A stretch of 64,000 nt of DNA from a virus, in the IMG/VR virus record IMGVR_UViG_3300008266_000002. The stretch is one strand, 5' to 3'. Every line of letters starts with the position of its first letter. Position 1 is the first letter of the stretch. Below are positions 35,963 to 46,296 of the stretch, one piece after another. The position numbers were made by a program, and so were the translations under genes. The notes beneath the pieces were generated by a model, which saw only the letters and a list, made by a program, of their open reading frames with translations, made no database searches and was not told the origin of the DNA.

Positions 35963-36307
35963 ATGGATAAGGACTCATTACTCTTTGATGACAAATCGTT
36001 TAGTGATCTACTACGCGATGTATACGCAAACACTAAAAAAAAGGAAAATCAGATTAATGGTTTAATTGATCAACTTAAACCGTTAATAAGAAATATGACG
36101 GATGCTTCACTTATGGTACCATTAATTAAAGAGTATCTAGAAGTTTCCGTAAAGAATGATGATAATCTAGTGAGATTAACTGGAATTGTTCAACGATTAT
36201 TAATTGTGAGTTCAAAAACTCCTACCGAAGGGGAATTAGGTTTATCTGAAGCGGAAAGAAAGCAACTACTTGAAGAGGCAAATGCAATATTAGACAATAG
36301 CAAATGA
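35963..36307 (+). CDS. hypothetical late protein
   Basis: TATTTAT at 35941; first gene of the structural module. Confidence 0.7.
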   Translation: MDKDSLLFDDKSFSDLLRDVYANTKKKENQINGLIDQLKPLIRNMTDASLMVPLIKEYLEVSVKNDDNLVRLTGIVQRLLIVSSKTPTEGELGLSEAERKQLLEEANAILDNSK

Positions 36308-37275
36308 GTACATTATTTAAAGGCTTAGGTGATAATTACGGACCCCGATCGACTGGAGGGGGTGGTAGTCAACAGCAACCACCGTTAGTATTTCCTGCGC
36401 ATGTACTTGAGGTATGTACGGATACAAATTCACCACTTTTTGAAACAATAAGGGATATAGGAAAGATTCGATTTCGAGATTTGAATTACGATATCAATAT
36501 TCCAGAAAGCAAGCTTACTAGTGTCGCTTACCCATTAGATAGATCATTTATTAGATACCCATATCCTGGAGAGCAGGTTATGGTATTTTATGCGTTTAGT
36601 GAGACACTCGATCCAAGTAGTACTGTAATGCAAAATGCTTTCTTTTACTCTTTTGTTGTTAGTTCTTTCCATAATATATCCTACAACCAACATCCTTTTT
36701 TAGGTGTGGATGTGAAGCACTTGGATCCAGATAATCCTTTTGTTAGTTACGACAATGCAAAATCACGCTTCGATAAAAGAACAAGCGATGTTAATTCTGT
36801 TAAGGATGGATCTAATAGAATAAAGATTTATAAACAGCTTGAACCACAGGAAGGTGATTACATCATTCAGGGCCGATTTGGTACAAGTTTAAGGTTCAGT
36901 TCAACAACCCCATCAGCAGACGGTCAGACTCCATGGAATAGTAATAATCCATCAGGAGTGTCAGGAGATGGTATTATTGTTCTTCGAGCAGATCGTGATT
37001 TTACAACTGAAGAAAAATCAATGCTAACAAACGAGAACATTGATACAGATGACTCATCGATCTATATGTGTACGTCTCAAAAAGTCGAAATGTCTTTAGC
37101 ATGTTCTAAAAAATTACTCAGTTGGAGAGCTCGTTATGATTTACCTGATCAAGGAACTAGCGAAGCTGAGGGAATTGTGGGTACAACAAAGGATACATCA
37201 CAACTATGGCAAAAAGTTGTTGACTCTACACAACCGATTGCTAACTCTTATCAAAATCCATCAGGAGCACAATAA
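36304..37275 (+). CDS. putative baseplate hub/spike N-terminal part (gp5/VgrG OB-fold-like)
   Basis: IGKIRFR...YP.PGEQV.V; EGDYIIQGRFGTSLRF; position in the module. Confidence 0.45.
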   Translation: MSTLFKGLGDNYGPRSTGGGGSQQQPPLVFPAHVLEVCTDTNSPLFETIRDIGKIRFRDLNYDINIPESKLTSVAYPLDRSFIRYPYPGEQVMVFYAFSETLDPSSTVMQNAFFYSFVVSSFHNISYNQHPFLGVDVKHLDPDNPFVSYDNAKSRFDKRTSDVNSVKDGSNRIKIYKQLEPQEGDYIIQGRFGTSLRFSSTTPSADGQTPWNSNNPSGVSGDGIIVLRADRDFTTEEKSMLTNENIDTDDSSIYMCTSQKVEMSLACSKKLLSWRARYDLPDQGTSEAEGIVGTTKDTSQLWQKVVDSTQPIANSYQNPSGAQ

Positions 37276-37281
37276 CCTTAT

Positions 37282-38211
37282 ATGTCATATACAACCCCAC
37301 CATCACTTAATCCCAGCTTAAAGCAAGATCTTGATACACTAGTATCAGTAGTTAAGGCTAATGTAACGGCTATTTCACAAAAGATGGTAGAGAGAGCTAT
37401 CACCTCTGCAGGAATTGTATCGGTACCAACAATAAGCATACCACCACTGACTAGACTTATAGAAAATATTATTATACCAACAACCCATTATTGGGAAGGA
37501 ACTTGGAGTGATCATCCTAGCGATTCTGGTGGTGCTACAATGAGAGGTGTAATTCTTGTAACGCTATGGTCAACATTTGACGATGTGCTAATCAATACTG
37601 GTATTCCTGCTGTTTCAAATGCAGCTATAAATTTCAATAATAGGCAGCCAACTTGGAAAAAAGATAAACAAGTTGGTAAACAAGTGTTATATGCACTACT
37701 CTCAGATGAGAAGATTGCTGGTTTATGGTTGTATAAATTTCTCTCAGACAAATACTGTAGATTTCCATTAGCCATAATGACTGAGGATCCCTTTTTAGGA
37801 TGGTTTATTTCAGAAGGAGTTTGGGGTTCTGGTGCTGGTTTATTTAGTAATGGTGGGTTTGATGAGGTGGCGAGGTCTTTTGGTTGGAATGGTAATATTG
37901 GTCAGTTTCCAACTTGGTGTATTAGTTTAGGAGATCGTACTCCGGAATTTGCTGTAAAGTTGATCGAAAGACGAGTTCAATATATATTAGATATAAGTAA
38001 GCCTGGCAGTAAAAATGCTGTTTTTCGAACTGGGTGGTTGAGGCGATTGGTGAATGATCCAAAGTATTCAAACGTAGCTACTTTAGTAAAAATAAATGAA
38101 ACTTTTTGTTTAAACTTGAAAGGTGAGTATCAATTATCACAAGCAGAATTACAGCATCTAAAAGTAAAAGCTGAGATATATAAAACTCTCTCAATTCAAA
38201 TACCTGGATAA
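37282..38211 (+). CDS. glycoside hydrolase family 108 lysozyme-like protein
   Basis: WEGTWSDHPSDSGGATMRGV; C-terminal VFRTGWLRR (PG_binding_3-like). Confidence 0.75.
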   Translation: MSYTTPPSLNPSLKQDLDTLVSVVKANVTAISQKMVERAITSAGIVSVPTISIPPLTRLIENIIIPTTHYWEGTWSDHPSDSGGATMRGVILVTLWSTFDDVLINTGIPAVSNAAINFNNRQPTWKKDKQVGKQVLYALLSDEKIAGLWLYKFLSDKYCRFPLAIMTEDPFLGWFISEGVWGSGAGLFSNGGFDEVARSFGWNGNIGQFPTWCISLGDRTPEFAVKLIERRVQYILDISKPGSKNAVFRTGWLRRLVNDPKYSNVATLVKINETFCLNLKGEYQLSQAELQHLKVKAEIYKTLSIQIPG

Positions 38212-39119
38212 TGGCAGAAATAAATTATGGTCAATATAAGCAAGCACTTGAATCTAATGGTGGTTTAGCGCAAGCACCAACTGATCAGGCTAATCCAGCT
38301 GGAACTCCAGTACAAGGTACCTTTGCTGGTAATGTAAACATAAGTGTACCACAATTACCTAAGATTGAGTTTCCTTTAGAGGATTTAACTTTTTCTACTA
38401 CCTTACCAGGAGCTAAACAGGATTTGAATGTATTGCTTAGTTTAAAAGATGGGAAGGGTGTTAAACAAAATAACTTTGGTGGTAGTCAGGTTTTAATTAA
38501 TTCTGATAGAATTATATTAAACTCACGTGCTGATTATTTAATGCTCTTTGGTGAATCAGGTATTGCTATTTCATCTCCTGGTAATGTGAATATTGATGCG
38601 GATGATGCTATAACAATATATGGTGATGATGGTTTGTTTTTAGGAGTGCCTGGAAAAGGTGCATCGACTGGTAATACGAAATCTCCAAGTACAAAGGCAG
38701 AAGCCACAATCGATAATGAATATGAACCTTTAGTATTAGGTACTAAGCTCGCTAATATACTCGAAGACTTGCTTGTGATTATAAAAAATGCAACAATACT
38801 GACTCCAGTTGGAAAGGCTTATTTTCGCGAAGATACTATGTATGAACTAGCTTGTCTTCAATCAAGAATACCAGAAATGCTTAGTACATATGGGTATGTA
38901 GATGGTATTAGTCACGAGGCTGTTGATCCACCACCAACACCACCTAAGATAGTAACTGAACCTCCAACCACTATTACCGGAACTGTGGCTGGTACGTTTA
39001 CTGGTACGGCTTCTGGTGATAATACTACAGGTAGCGGAGCATCAACTACAATCGCAAGTCCATTAGCTAATCAGCCGGACTTTTTTGAAACACAAACATT
39101 ATATAACGATACACTATAG
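38211..39119 (+). CDS. putative baseplate spike beta-strand-repeat part
   Basis: GSQVLINSDRIILNS...IAISS.GNVNIDA; EPLVLG. Confidence 0.45.
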   Translation: MAEINYGQYKQALESNGGLAQAPTDQANPAGTPVQGTFAGNVNISVPQLPKIEFPLEDLTFSTTLPGAKQDLNVLLSLKDGKGVKQNNFGGSQVLINSDRIILNSRADYLMLFGESGIAISSPGNVNIDADDAITIYGDDGLFLGVPGKGASTGNTKSPSTKAEATIDNEYEPLVLGTKLANILEDLLVIIKNATILTPVGKAYFREDTMYELACLQSRIPEMLSTYGYVDGISHEAVDPPPTPPKIVTEPPTTITGTVAGTFTGTASGDNTTGSGASTTIASPLANQPDFFETQTLYNDTL

Positions 39120-39122
39120 GTT

Positions 39123-40490
39123 ATGGCAAGTATAAAAAACAGATGTGTACAAGTTGGACAAGCAGTTGTATTTGAAAATGCTCAACGAGATTTTGATCAA
39201 ATGGCTCGTGCTTTACAAAACGATAAAGGAGTATTGTTAACAATTAAAACTAGCTATTTTTCTAAATACGATGTAGCAGATGAGTTAAGAAAAATAGTAA
39301 AAGATAAAACAGAAAAACCACCAGTAGAGGTAAGAGGGTTATTAGATCCCTCTAAACCAATGGCCGATATTGTTAGTAGTACCGGTAGTTTTGATGAGCT
39401 GAAAAGATATTTAGATAGTTTATCAGATGCAGATTTTGAACCACCACTAATACCTCTTCCAACCATTTCACCCATTCCTGCTTTAGCAGCACTTCAGACT
39501 TGGCCTGGTAGAGTAATATCATACGATATACCAACTAAAATTGACACAGATCCTCGCAGAACTGGACGATTGATAATTCCAGACTCTGCAGAGGTATTTC
39601 GAAGTACTGAAGTTCAGAAATGGTTATTAAATAATAGTGTGAAGTATGGTTTTGTGATCTATTTAGATAAAGGCTTATACTATTTGGGTACAAATGAAGT
39701 TAGAAATCAAATAACATCAGCAGCTAATAAACAAGAGGAATTGAGAAAGATTGTTTCTCGACATCTCAAAGGTGCTTTAACGCTATCAAGTTTTAGTACG
39801 ACAGCGGAGCAAGTACTTGCGGTCACCCAACCAACTGTAAATAGCTCCTCTGATCGTGGTAACCTCGAAACTGTAATTGGTGCAAATAACATTCTTTCAA
39901 ATGATAGAAGGGTTCTCGATTTAGTTGTTGTTAATAGACAACCGGTGTGGAGACCAGTTGCACTTGCTTTTCTGGATATGAAAGATGAAGCAAGTAGACA
40001 AGGAATAAACTTAGTTGTAGTTTCTGGTTTTCGTCCTGCGTTTGGTCCAAATACTACTGCTCGTACTTCGGCTGGAAATACTATAACAATTGTTACACAA
40101 GAATCATTGCGTAGGGATAGGAGTCGATGGGTTGGTAGAACTACTTATGCCGGTACTGATGAGGACTTTATATTTAGAGCAGGAGCCAGCCAATATAATG
40201 CTGCAACAGCAGCACCAGGTACATCGAATCATGGTAGTGGTATTGCAATTGACTTAAACACTGGTAGTCGAAACACTCCAGGCTTTCCAGCCTTGAACTC
40301 GACAATATACTCATGGCTTATCAAAAACTCATATAAGTTTGGATTTATCCGTACGGTAAGATCTGAGGAGTGGCATTTTGAATACTTACCAGATAGAGCA
40401 AGAAATGGTCCGTATGCATCAATACAAGGTACAAATGCAAATAGATTTTATACAGATTTAGGTTTAGCACAAGGACAGTTTCCTATATAA
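39123..40490 (+). CDS. M15 (VanY-like) D-Ala-D-Ala carboxy/endopeptidase
   Basis: SGFR, APGTSNHGSGIAIDL, EEWHFEY. Confidence 0.85.
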   Translation: MASIKNRCVQVGQAVVFENAQRDFDQMARALQNDKGVLLTIKTSYFSKYDVADELRKIVKDKTEKPPVEVRGLLDPSKPMADIVSSTGSFDELKRYLDSLSDADFEPPLIPLPTISPIPALAALQTWPGRVISYDIPTKIDTDPRRTGRLIIPDSAEVFRSTEVQKWLLNNSVKYGFVIYLDKGLYYLGTNEVRNQITSAANKQEELRKIVSRHLKGALTLSSFSTTAEQVLAVTQPTVNSSSDRGNLETVIGANNILSNDRRVLDLVVVNRQPVWRPVALAFLDMKDEASRQGINLVVVSGFRPAFGPNTTARTSAGNTITIVTQESLRRDRSRWVGRTTYAGTDEDFIFRAGASQYNAATAAPGTSNHGSGIAIDLNTGSRNTPGFPALNSTIYSWLIKNSYKFGFIRTVRSEEWHFEYLPDRARNGPYASIQGTNANRFYTDLGLAQGQFPI

Positions 40491-40491
40491 T

Positions 40492-43485
40492 ATGCCATAC
40501 AACTTTGAAAGCACATTTACTCAACCTCTCTTAACTCAGCTTGATAATGGACTTATCGATGGGGCAGATAGTTGGGCAGAAGCTATAACTGAAGCATATG
40601 TAAACACAATTAAAACAGGCTTACCACAAGGTGTTCCAGTTACACTCCCAGCACCAGGCCTCAATCCAACAGCACCGCCCCCTTTTCCAATTGGTGCTTC
40701 ATCTTTTAACACTGCAGATAGTAAAAAGCAAGTTATGTACAACATAATTAGAGCCTACTATCTAGCAAAAGAGTTTTCATTGGATAAAGCTTCGATTGAA
40801 GGTTTGATTGTAACTGTCAAGCAGCTTATTGAAAAGATCAAAGTAAGATATGGTCAAGTTAGAGCCCTAATTACACAAGTTCAACTCATCACCAAAGAAG
40901 TTGCTGAATTACCAAGACGTATTGCTGAAATTATAAAAGATATAGAGGATGAAATAAAAGAGCAAATAGAAAATGTAAAGGGTATCTTTCGTATAATTGA
41001 TGGCTATAAAGTTGAGTTTGGCGAACAAGAGTTTCGTACTATATTTGCAGAAGAGTTAAGATTGTTTGAGACTTTTAAAAATTTTAAGTTAACTAATGTT
41101 GCTGCTATTCGTGATCTAACTTTGTTTGTAGTACAACACGCACAACAAGTAGAGAGAAGGTTATCTGTAAATACTCCTCAACAGATTGCTAAAAAGTATC
41201 TTAGAGATCGCTTATTTGCTATAGCAAAGGAATTTTTAAAGTTTGCAGAAGCCGTTATTGATCCTACAAAAATTATCGATTTTTTGAAAGGGTTAGCTTC
41301 TGGAAGAGATAGGATAAAACGTGTTTATGAAAAAGTAAGACGATTTGATTTTTTTATACGATATATTCAACCTAAACTAAAACTATTAGAAAAACGCGTT
41401 AAAGATAAAATTAAAGAAATCCGTGATAAGTTACAAAAGAAACTCATAGATGTTCAGAAAAAGGTGCAAGATAAGATTGCAGAGTCTCTTAAAAAGAAAA
41501 AGGATAGTAAAGCGCAAAATCTATATAAGAACGCTAAAAAGAATATTGATGATTTAAAAAAACAGAACAAGGAAAAAATTAAAAAAGTCCAATCTAGTAT
41601 TCGTTTAGGTATTAAGGGTATACAGTTAACAACTACTATGGTTGGTAAAGTAACCTCTTTAGTAGAGGGAGCTAAGTTAGAATTCGAAACGATTAAGAAA
41701 GAAATTTTAGATTTCCAAAAATCTATTGAACAACAAATACAGACAATAAGTCAAGCTGGTCAAAATATTATCTCAAATGTGGCTGCTATACAACCACCTA
41801 CAGCACCATCAATCACCAACCTTCCAACCAGCTTACCTCAAAACATTAGTCAGTTTAATAGTATCTTAGGTCAGTTGGATGTAAAAAAATTAATTGCAGA
41901 AGTAAAAAAAGCAAAAGATTACTTTGAGCAATCTGGATTGGGAGAATTTGCAAACCTTGTAGCATTAGTAATGACGCAAGCTAAATGCACATTTCAAACC
42001 TTTAAGAAATTTTTTGAAGCAAAGAGAGATACTATTAAACAGTATGTAAAGGAGATTACTGACTTAGAGCGTGATTTTAAAAAAATTATTAATATAATAA
42101 AAGAGTTTCAAGATCCTGAAAAAAAGAATCAGTTGGATGTTGATAATACGCGTGTTGCTAATTGGCTATCAGATCGTGTTGATTCAGTATTTGAATTTTT
42201 AAAGTTTGTGATTAAATGGTTGAAACCAAAACTTAAAAAAGTTGAGAAGTGGTTTAAAAAGAAAGTAAAAGAGCTTAAAACTTTTATAACTGAAAAGTTG
42301 AAGAAATTTGGTAACGACTTGAAAATATTTGCACTCAATCTTATTCCACTAAAGAGTGATGTGCAAGATCCTAAAGACAAAGTTGCTGTAGCAGAAGATA
42401 AGTTAAATAAACTAAAAGATAAGATCGAGCAAGTAAAGAGTCTAATTACTAAGGTATCGTTTATAGTTAAGATGTCTGTTGGAGGTTTTGGCTTTGTATC
42501 TAATATTATAGCTGGAAGATATAAGTTTTCCGATAACCAATCAAGTATACAAAATTTTCTCGATGGTTATTATTCTTATAGATCAGATGGACAACCTCCA
42601 GCAGTGCAAGAGCAATTACAACAAGAAAAAGCTAAAGTTCGGGATGATCTTAATGGTTTAATAATAATTGAAACAGTAGCTTTTGGTGTTATAGAAACTT
42701 ATAAAGATTTTGAACAGAGTGATTTTTTAAAAGAACTAGAAGAGTTTGTTAATACCCTAGAACAAAATTATCCAGGTAAGCGTTCATGGGAAAGGATACT
42801 CAATATTTTCAAACAACCACCAACTAGTATTAAGCAAGTTGTTGATTTAGCAAATACACTCACTCTAGATTTATTGAATGATGTTAATATTTTAACTAAG
42901 TTAGTAGATTTAGAAACACGTTATCTTAGAAGAAGTAGAGAGGCAATTAAATCTCTATGTGATATAAAAAGACTTGAAGGTACAAAAACAGAAAAAGCTC
43001 TTCTAAAGATCAAGGACGTACTTGAGAAAAATCAATCCTTTATTTTGACTGGAATAAAATTGCTACAAGAACAATTAAAAAAATTATTTAGGTTTATTGG
43101 GTCAAAATTGAAAAAAATTACTGATAATATAAAAAAGAAGCTTCAGAAGAAAAGAGAGAAAGTTGAAGAGAGATCAAAATTAGAATTAGATAAAATTAAA
43201 GAAAAGAAAATTAATATCGAAGCTCCTATTATGACATTTACATTTGACTTAGCGGCAAGATTATTTTGGACTGGGGCTACTTGGACTGGGCAAACTGGAA
43301 CTCAACATGTTGTATTCACTATTGGTCCATTTACACCTATCAAAGCTAAATCAACTGATGGGGCATCCGCAATGATTCGTGAAATAGCAAAAGGTTTCGA
43401 AAACCAACTACCATCGATGACCGGATTATTAACTCCTCCGGCAAATACTGGAATACCTCCTATCCCATTTACCGGATACAATTAA
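40492..43485 (+). CDS. large coiled-coil virion-associated protein
   Basis: 997 aa; K/E-rich helical centre with Pro-rich termini. Confidence 0.6.
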   Translation: MPYNFESTFTQPLLTQLDNGLIDGADSWAEAITEAYVNTIKTGLPQGVPVTLPAPGLNPTAPPPFPIGASSFNTADSKKQVMYNIIRAYYLAKEFSLDKASIEGLIVTVKQLIEKIKVRYGQVRALITQVQLITKEVAELPRRIAEIIKDIEDEIKEQIENVKGIFRIIDGYKVEFGEQEFRTIFAEELRLFETFKNFKLTNVAAIRDLTLFVVQHAQQVERRLSVNTPQQIAKKYLRDRLFAIAKEFLKFAEAVIDPTKIIDFLKGLASGRDRIKRVYEKVRRFDFFIRYIQPKLKLLEKRVKDKIKEIRDKLQKKLIDVQKKVQDKIAESLKKKKDSKAQNLYKNAKKNIDDLKKQNKEKIKKVQSSIRLGIKGIQLTTTMVGKVTSLVEGAKLEFETIKKEILDFQKSIEQQIQTISQAGQNIISNVAAIQPPTAPSITNLPTSLPQNISQFNSILGQLDVKKLIAEVKKAKDYFEQSGLGEFANLVALVMTQAKCTFQTFKKFFEAKRDTIKQYVKEITDLERDFKKIINIIKEFQDPEKKNQLDVDNTRVANWLSDRVDSVFEFLKFVIKWLKPKLKKVEKWFKKKVKELKTFITEKLKKFGNDLKIFALNLIPLKSDVQDPKDKVAVAEDKLNKLKDKIEQVKSLITKVSFIVKMSVGGFGFVSNIIAGRYKFSDNQSSIQNFLDGYYSYRSDGQPPAVQEQLQQEKAKVRDDLNGLIIIETVAFGVIETYKDFEQSDFLKELEEFVNTLEQNYPGKRSWERILNIFKQPPTSIKQVVDLANTLTLDLLNDVNILTKLVDLETRYLRRSREAIKSLCDIKRLEGTKTEKALLKIKDVLEKNQSFILTGIKLLQEQLKKLFRFIGSKLKKITDNIKKKLQKKREKVEERSKLELDKIKEKKINIEAPIMTFTFDLAARLFWTGATWTGQTGTQHVVFTIGPFTPIKAKSTDGASAMIREIAKGFENQLPSMTGLLTPPANTGIPPIPFTGYN

Positions 43486-43516
43486 TTTATTTAACTATTT
43501 ATATATAAAACCGATT

Positions 43517-43975
43517 ATGAAGGCGACTGAATTTGTAAACATCATGCGTAAGGTTATTCGTGAGGAAGTTCGATCAATAATAAAAGAAGAACTAAAACCT
43601 CTGAAGCTTATGGTTGAAGGTAAAACTGCAACAACACAAATAAATACTGTAACTAAGCAGGCACCACAACCGGTCAAGAAGAAGGTTGTACCTCCACAAA
43701 TCAAAGGAATTAAAGGTCCATTAGCCGATATCCTAGCTGAGACCTATATGGCTATGCAACAAGAAGCTCCGTACGAAGATCCTGAAGCAGAATGGCCAAG
43801 TATGGACGAAATGTTTACATCAAAGCACGTTCCTCCCAGCTTTATGCCTCAGCAAACTATATCGCAAAACGAAGTTAGAGCTGCTATGACGGGAGATCCA
43901 ACTCAAGCGTTAATGAAGGATTATTCCAGCCTCTTAAAAAAGGCTGATGCAATTGCAAATAATACAAGAATTTAA
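43517..43975 (+). CDS. hypothetical late protein
   Basis: TATTTAT at 43496; MKATEF...RKVIREEVRSIIKEE. Confidence 0.65.
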   Translation: MKATEFVNIMRKVIREEVRSIIKEELKPLKLMVEGKTATTQINTVTKQAPQPVKKKVVPPQIKGIKGPLADILAETYMAMQQEAPYEDPEAEWPSMDEMFTSKHVPPSFMPQQTISQNEVRAAMTGDPTQALMKDYSSLLKKADAIANNTRI

Positions 43976-44400
43976 TGGCAATCGAAATTAAAATACATCC
44001 ATTAGATTTTGAACCTGATATAGCTATTGGTGTTGATCTACCAATGATGACTAGTACAGGGGCTGGATTTCAGCAAACGTATACTACAATCGATCAGGCA
44101 GTAGCAAATTCAAAAAACCTACTTTACACAAATAAAGGTGAGAGAATTATGCAGCCAGACTTTGGTTGTGATTTACGTTCGTTACTATTTGAAAATATTT
44201 CAGATGATCTACTTCCAAAGATAGAGGATACTATAAGAAGTAGCTTTGATTATTGGTTACCTTACATATTTATTAATGAGCTCACTATCACAACTGATCC
44301 AGATCGTAATCGAGTTTTTATAACAATGAGAATAAGCTTAGAAGGTAATAAATTCGATACTAGATCAATTCAGGTAGAGGTGATAAATAACGCAGCATAA
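43975..44400 (+). CDS. baseplate wedge protein, gp25-like
   Basis: NLLYTNKGERIMQPDFGCDLRSLLFE...WLPYI. Confidence 0.88.
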   Translation: MAIEIKIHPLDFEPDIAIGVDLPMMTSTGAGFQQTYTTIDQAVANSKNLLYTNKGERIMQPDFGCDLRSLLFENISDDLLPKIEDTIRSSFDYWLPYIFINELTITTDPDRNRVFITMRISLEGNKFDTRSIQVEVINNAA

Positions 44401-44401
44401 C

Positions 44402-46294
44402 ATGGCCAATATTTCAAAAACAACATCTAAGGATATTAAGTATTTTGGTAGAGATTTTGATTCACTCAAAAAGGGTCTAATCGATTTTGCTAGAATATAC
44501 TATCCAAATACATACAACGACTTCAATGAAGCTTCCCCAGGAATGATGTTTGTTGAAATGGCTGCTTATGTTGGTGATGTTTTGAATTACTATATTGATT
44601 CTCAATTCAAAGAAAATTTATTACTACACGCTACTGAAAGACGGAGTGTTTTATCTATTGCAGCTGCAATGGGATATAAACCAAAAGTAAGCGTACCATC
44701 TATCGTAGATATCGATATTTTTCAACTACTACCACCATCTGGAAGTAGTACTGCGGTTGTACCTGACACAAGGTATGCGGTAAAAATTAATCCAGGAATG
44801 CGTGCTAGAAGCTCGGCAGGCAATATCGAATTCATAATACAGAATAAAGTAGATTTCTCTATTAATAATATTTTTGATCCAACAACCATCTCTGTATACA
44901 GCATTGATGGGAGTGGCGCACCAAATTATTTTTTAGCTAAAAAAACAGTAAAAGCTATCTCAGCTATTCCAGTTACAACTACGGTTGAGATTACTGGAGT
45001 TACTAAATTTTATAAGTTTTTAGTTGAAGCAGAAAATCTAATAGGAATCCAATCAATCATTGACTCTGACGGAAACACTTGGTATGAGGTACCATATTTA
45101 GCTCAGGATACTATATTTGAGCAGGTACAAAACACAGCTTTTAATGATCCGGATGCTGCTGTATATAGTAATGATACACCGTATCTTTTAAAATTAAAGA
45201 GAGTTCCAAGAAGGTTTATAACAAGAGTAACGGATAGGGGTATTGAGGTTCAGTTTGGATCTGGGATAAGTTCTAATGCTGATGAGGAGTTACTAGCCAC
45301 TCCAGAGAATATTGGATTATCATTACCAACTGGAAAAGATGATATTGATTGGTCTATTGATCCAGCTGCTCCAGTAATTACAGGTGCGTATGGTATTGTA
45401 CCAAGTAATACGACACTAACGGTAACGTATTTAGTAGGTGGTGGAATTTCAGCAAATGTACCAAGTAATACGATCACAGAAATTACAGCCATTGATACTA
45501 GTGCATCTAATTTACCAACTACAAATCCTGCACTTAATTCGACTATATTAAATTCAGTTGCAGTAAACAATCCTACATCGGCAACTGGAGGTAGAGGGTC
45601 GGAAACATTAGAAGAAATTCGTCAAAATGCAATTGCACAACTTGCATCGCAAAATAGAGCGGTAACAAGAGAAGATTATATAGTAAGAGCATATGGCATG
45701 CCAAATGTATTTGGTAGCGTAGCAAAGGTGTTTATTACTCCCGATGAACAAAATAATATTGGTACATCTGAGGTGAATGATACTGTTGCAAACCCATTAG
45801 CATTAAACATGTATTTGTTAGGTTATGATAATAATAAAAACCTAACCACCGTTAATAGAGCTGTAAAGGAAAATTTAAAAAATTACCTTAGTCAGTATAG
45901 AATGTTGACGGATAGTATTAATTTAAGAGATGCTTATGTTGTTAATATTGGAGTTGATTTTGATATTGTAACTTTACCAAACTTCAATGCAAATGAGGTG
46001 TTATTAAATTGCATTAACTCCCTTAAAAGCTTTTTCGATAATGATAAGTGGCAAATTAACCAACCAATTATCTACAGTGATATAATTAATACAATCTTAA
46101 CAATCAAAGGAGTTCAGACGGTTGTAGATGTGCAAGTTAAAAATCTTAATGATGAATTAGCTGGTTATAGTAATATAGCTTATAGCATTAGTGAGGCAAC
46201 AAGAAATGGCATTGTATATCCTAGCTTGGATCCAGCAATGTTTGAAGTCAAATACCCTAACAACGATATTAAAGGTCGTGTAGTAACATTCTAA
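44402..46294 (+). CDS. baseplate wedge protein, gp6/baseplate J-like
   Basis: RDFDSLK, MAAYVGDVLNYY, VQFGSG, GGRGSETLEEIR, QNRAVTREDY. Confidence 0.85.
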   Translation: MANISKTTSKDIKYFGRDFDSLKKGLIDFARIYYPNTYNDFNEASPGMMFVEMAAYVGDVLNYYIDSQFKENLLLHATERRSVLSIAAAMGYKPKVSVPSIVDIDIFQLLPPSGSSTAVVPDTRYAVKINPGMRARSSAGNIEFIIQNKVDFSINNIFDPTTISVYSIDGSGAPNYFLAKKTVKAISAIPVTTTVEITGVTKFYKFLVEAENLIGIQSIIDSDGNTWYEVPYLAQDTIFEQVQNTAFNDPDAAVYSNDTPYLLKLKRVPRRFITRVTDRGIEVQFGSGISSNADEELLATPENIGLSLPTGKDDIDWSIDPAAPVITGAYGIVPSNTTLTVTYLVGGGISANVPSNTITEITAIDTSASNLPTTNPALNSTILNSVAVNNPTSATGGRGSETLEEIRQNAIAQLASQNRAVTREDYIVRAYGMPNVFGSVAKVFITPDEQNNIGTSEVNDTVANPLALNMYLLGYDNNKNLTTVNRAVKENLKNYLSQYRMLTDSINLRDAYVVNIGVDFDIVTLPNFNANEVLLNCINSLKSFFDNDKWQINQPIIYSDIINTILTIKGVQTVVDVQVKNLNDELAGYSNIAYSISEATRNGIVYPSLDPAMFEVKYPNNDIKGRVVTF

Positions 46295-46296
46295 CT

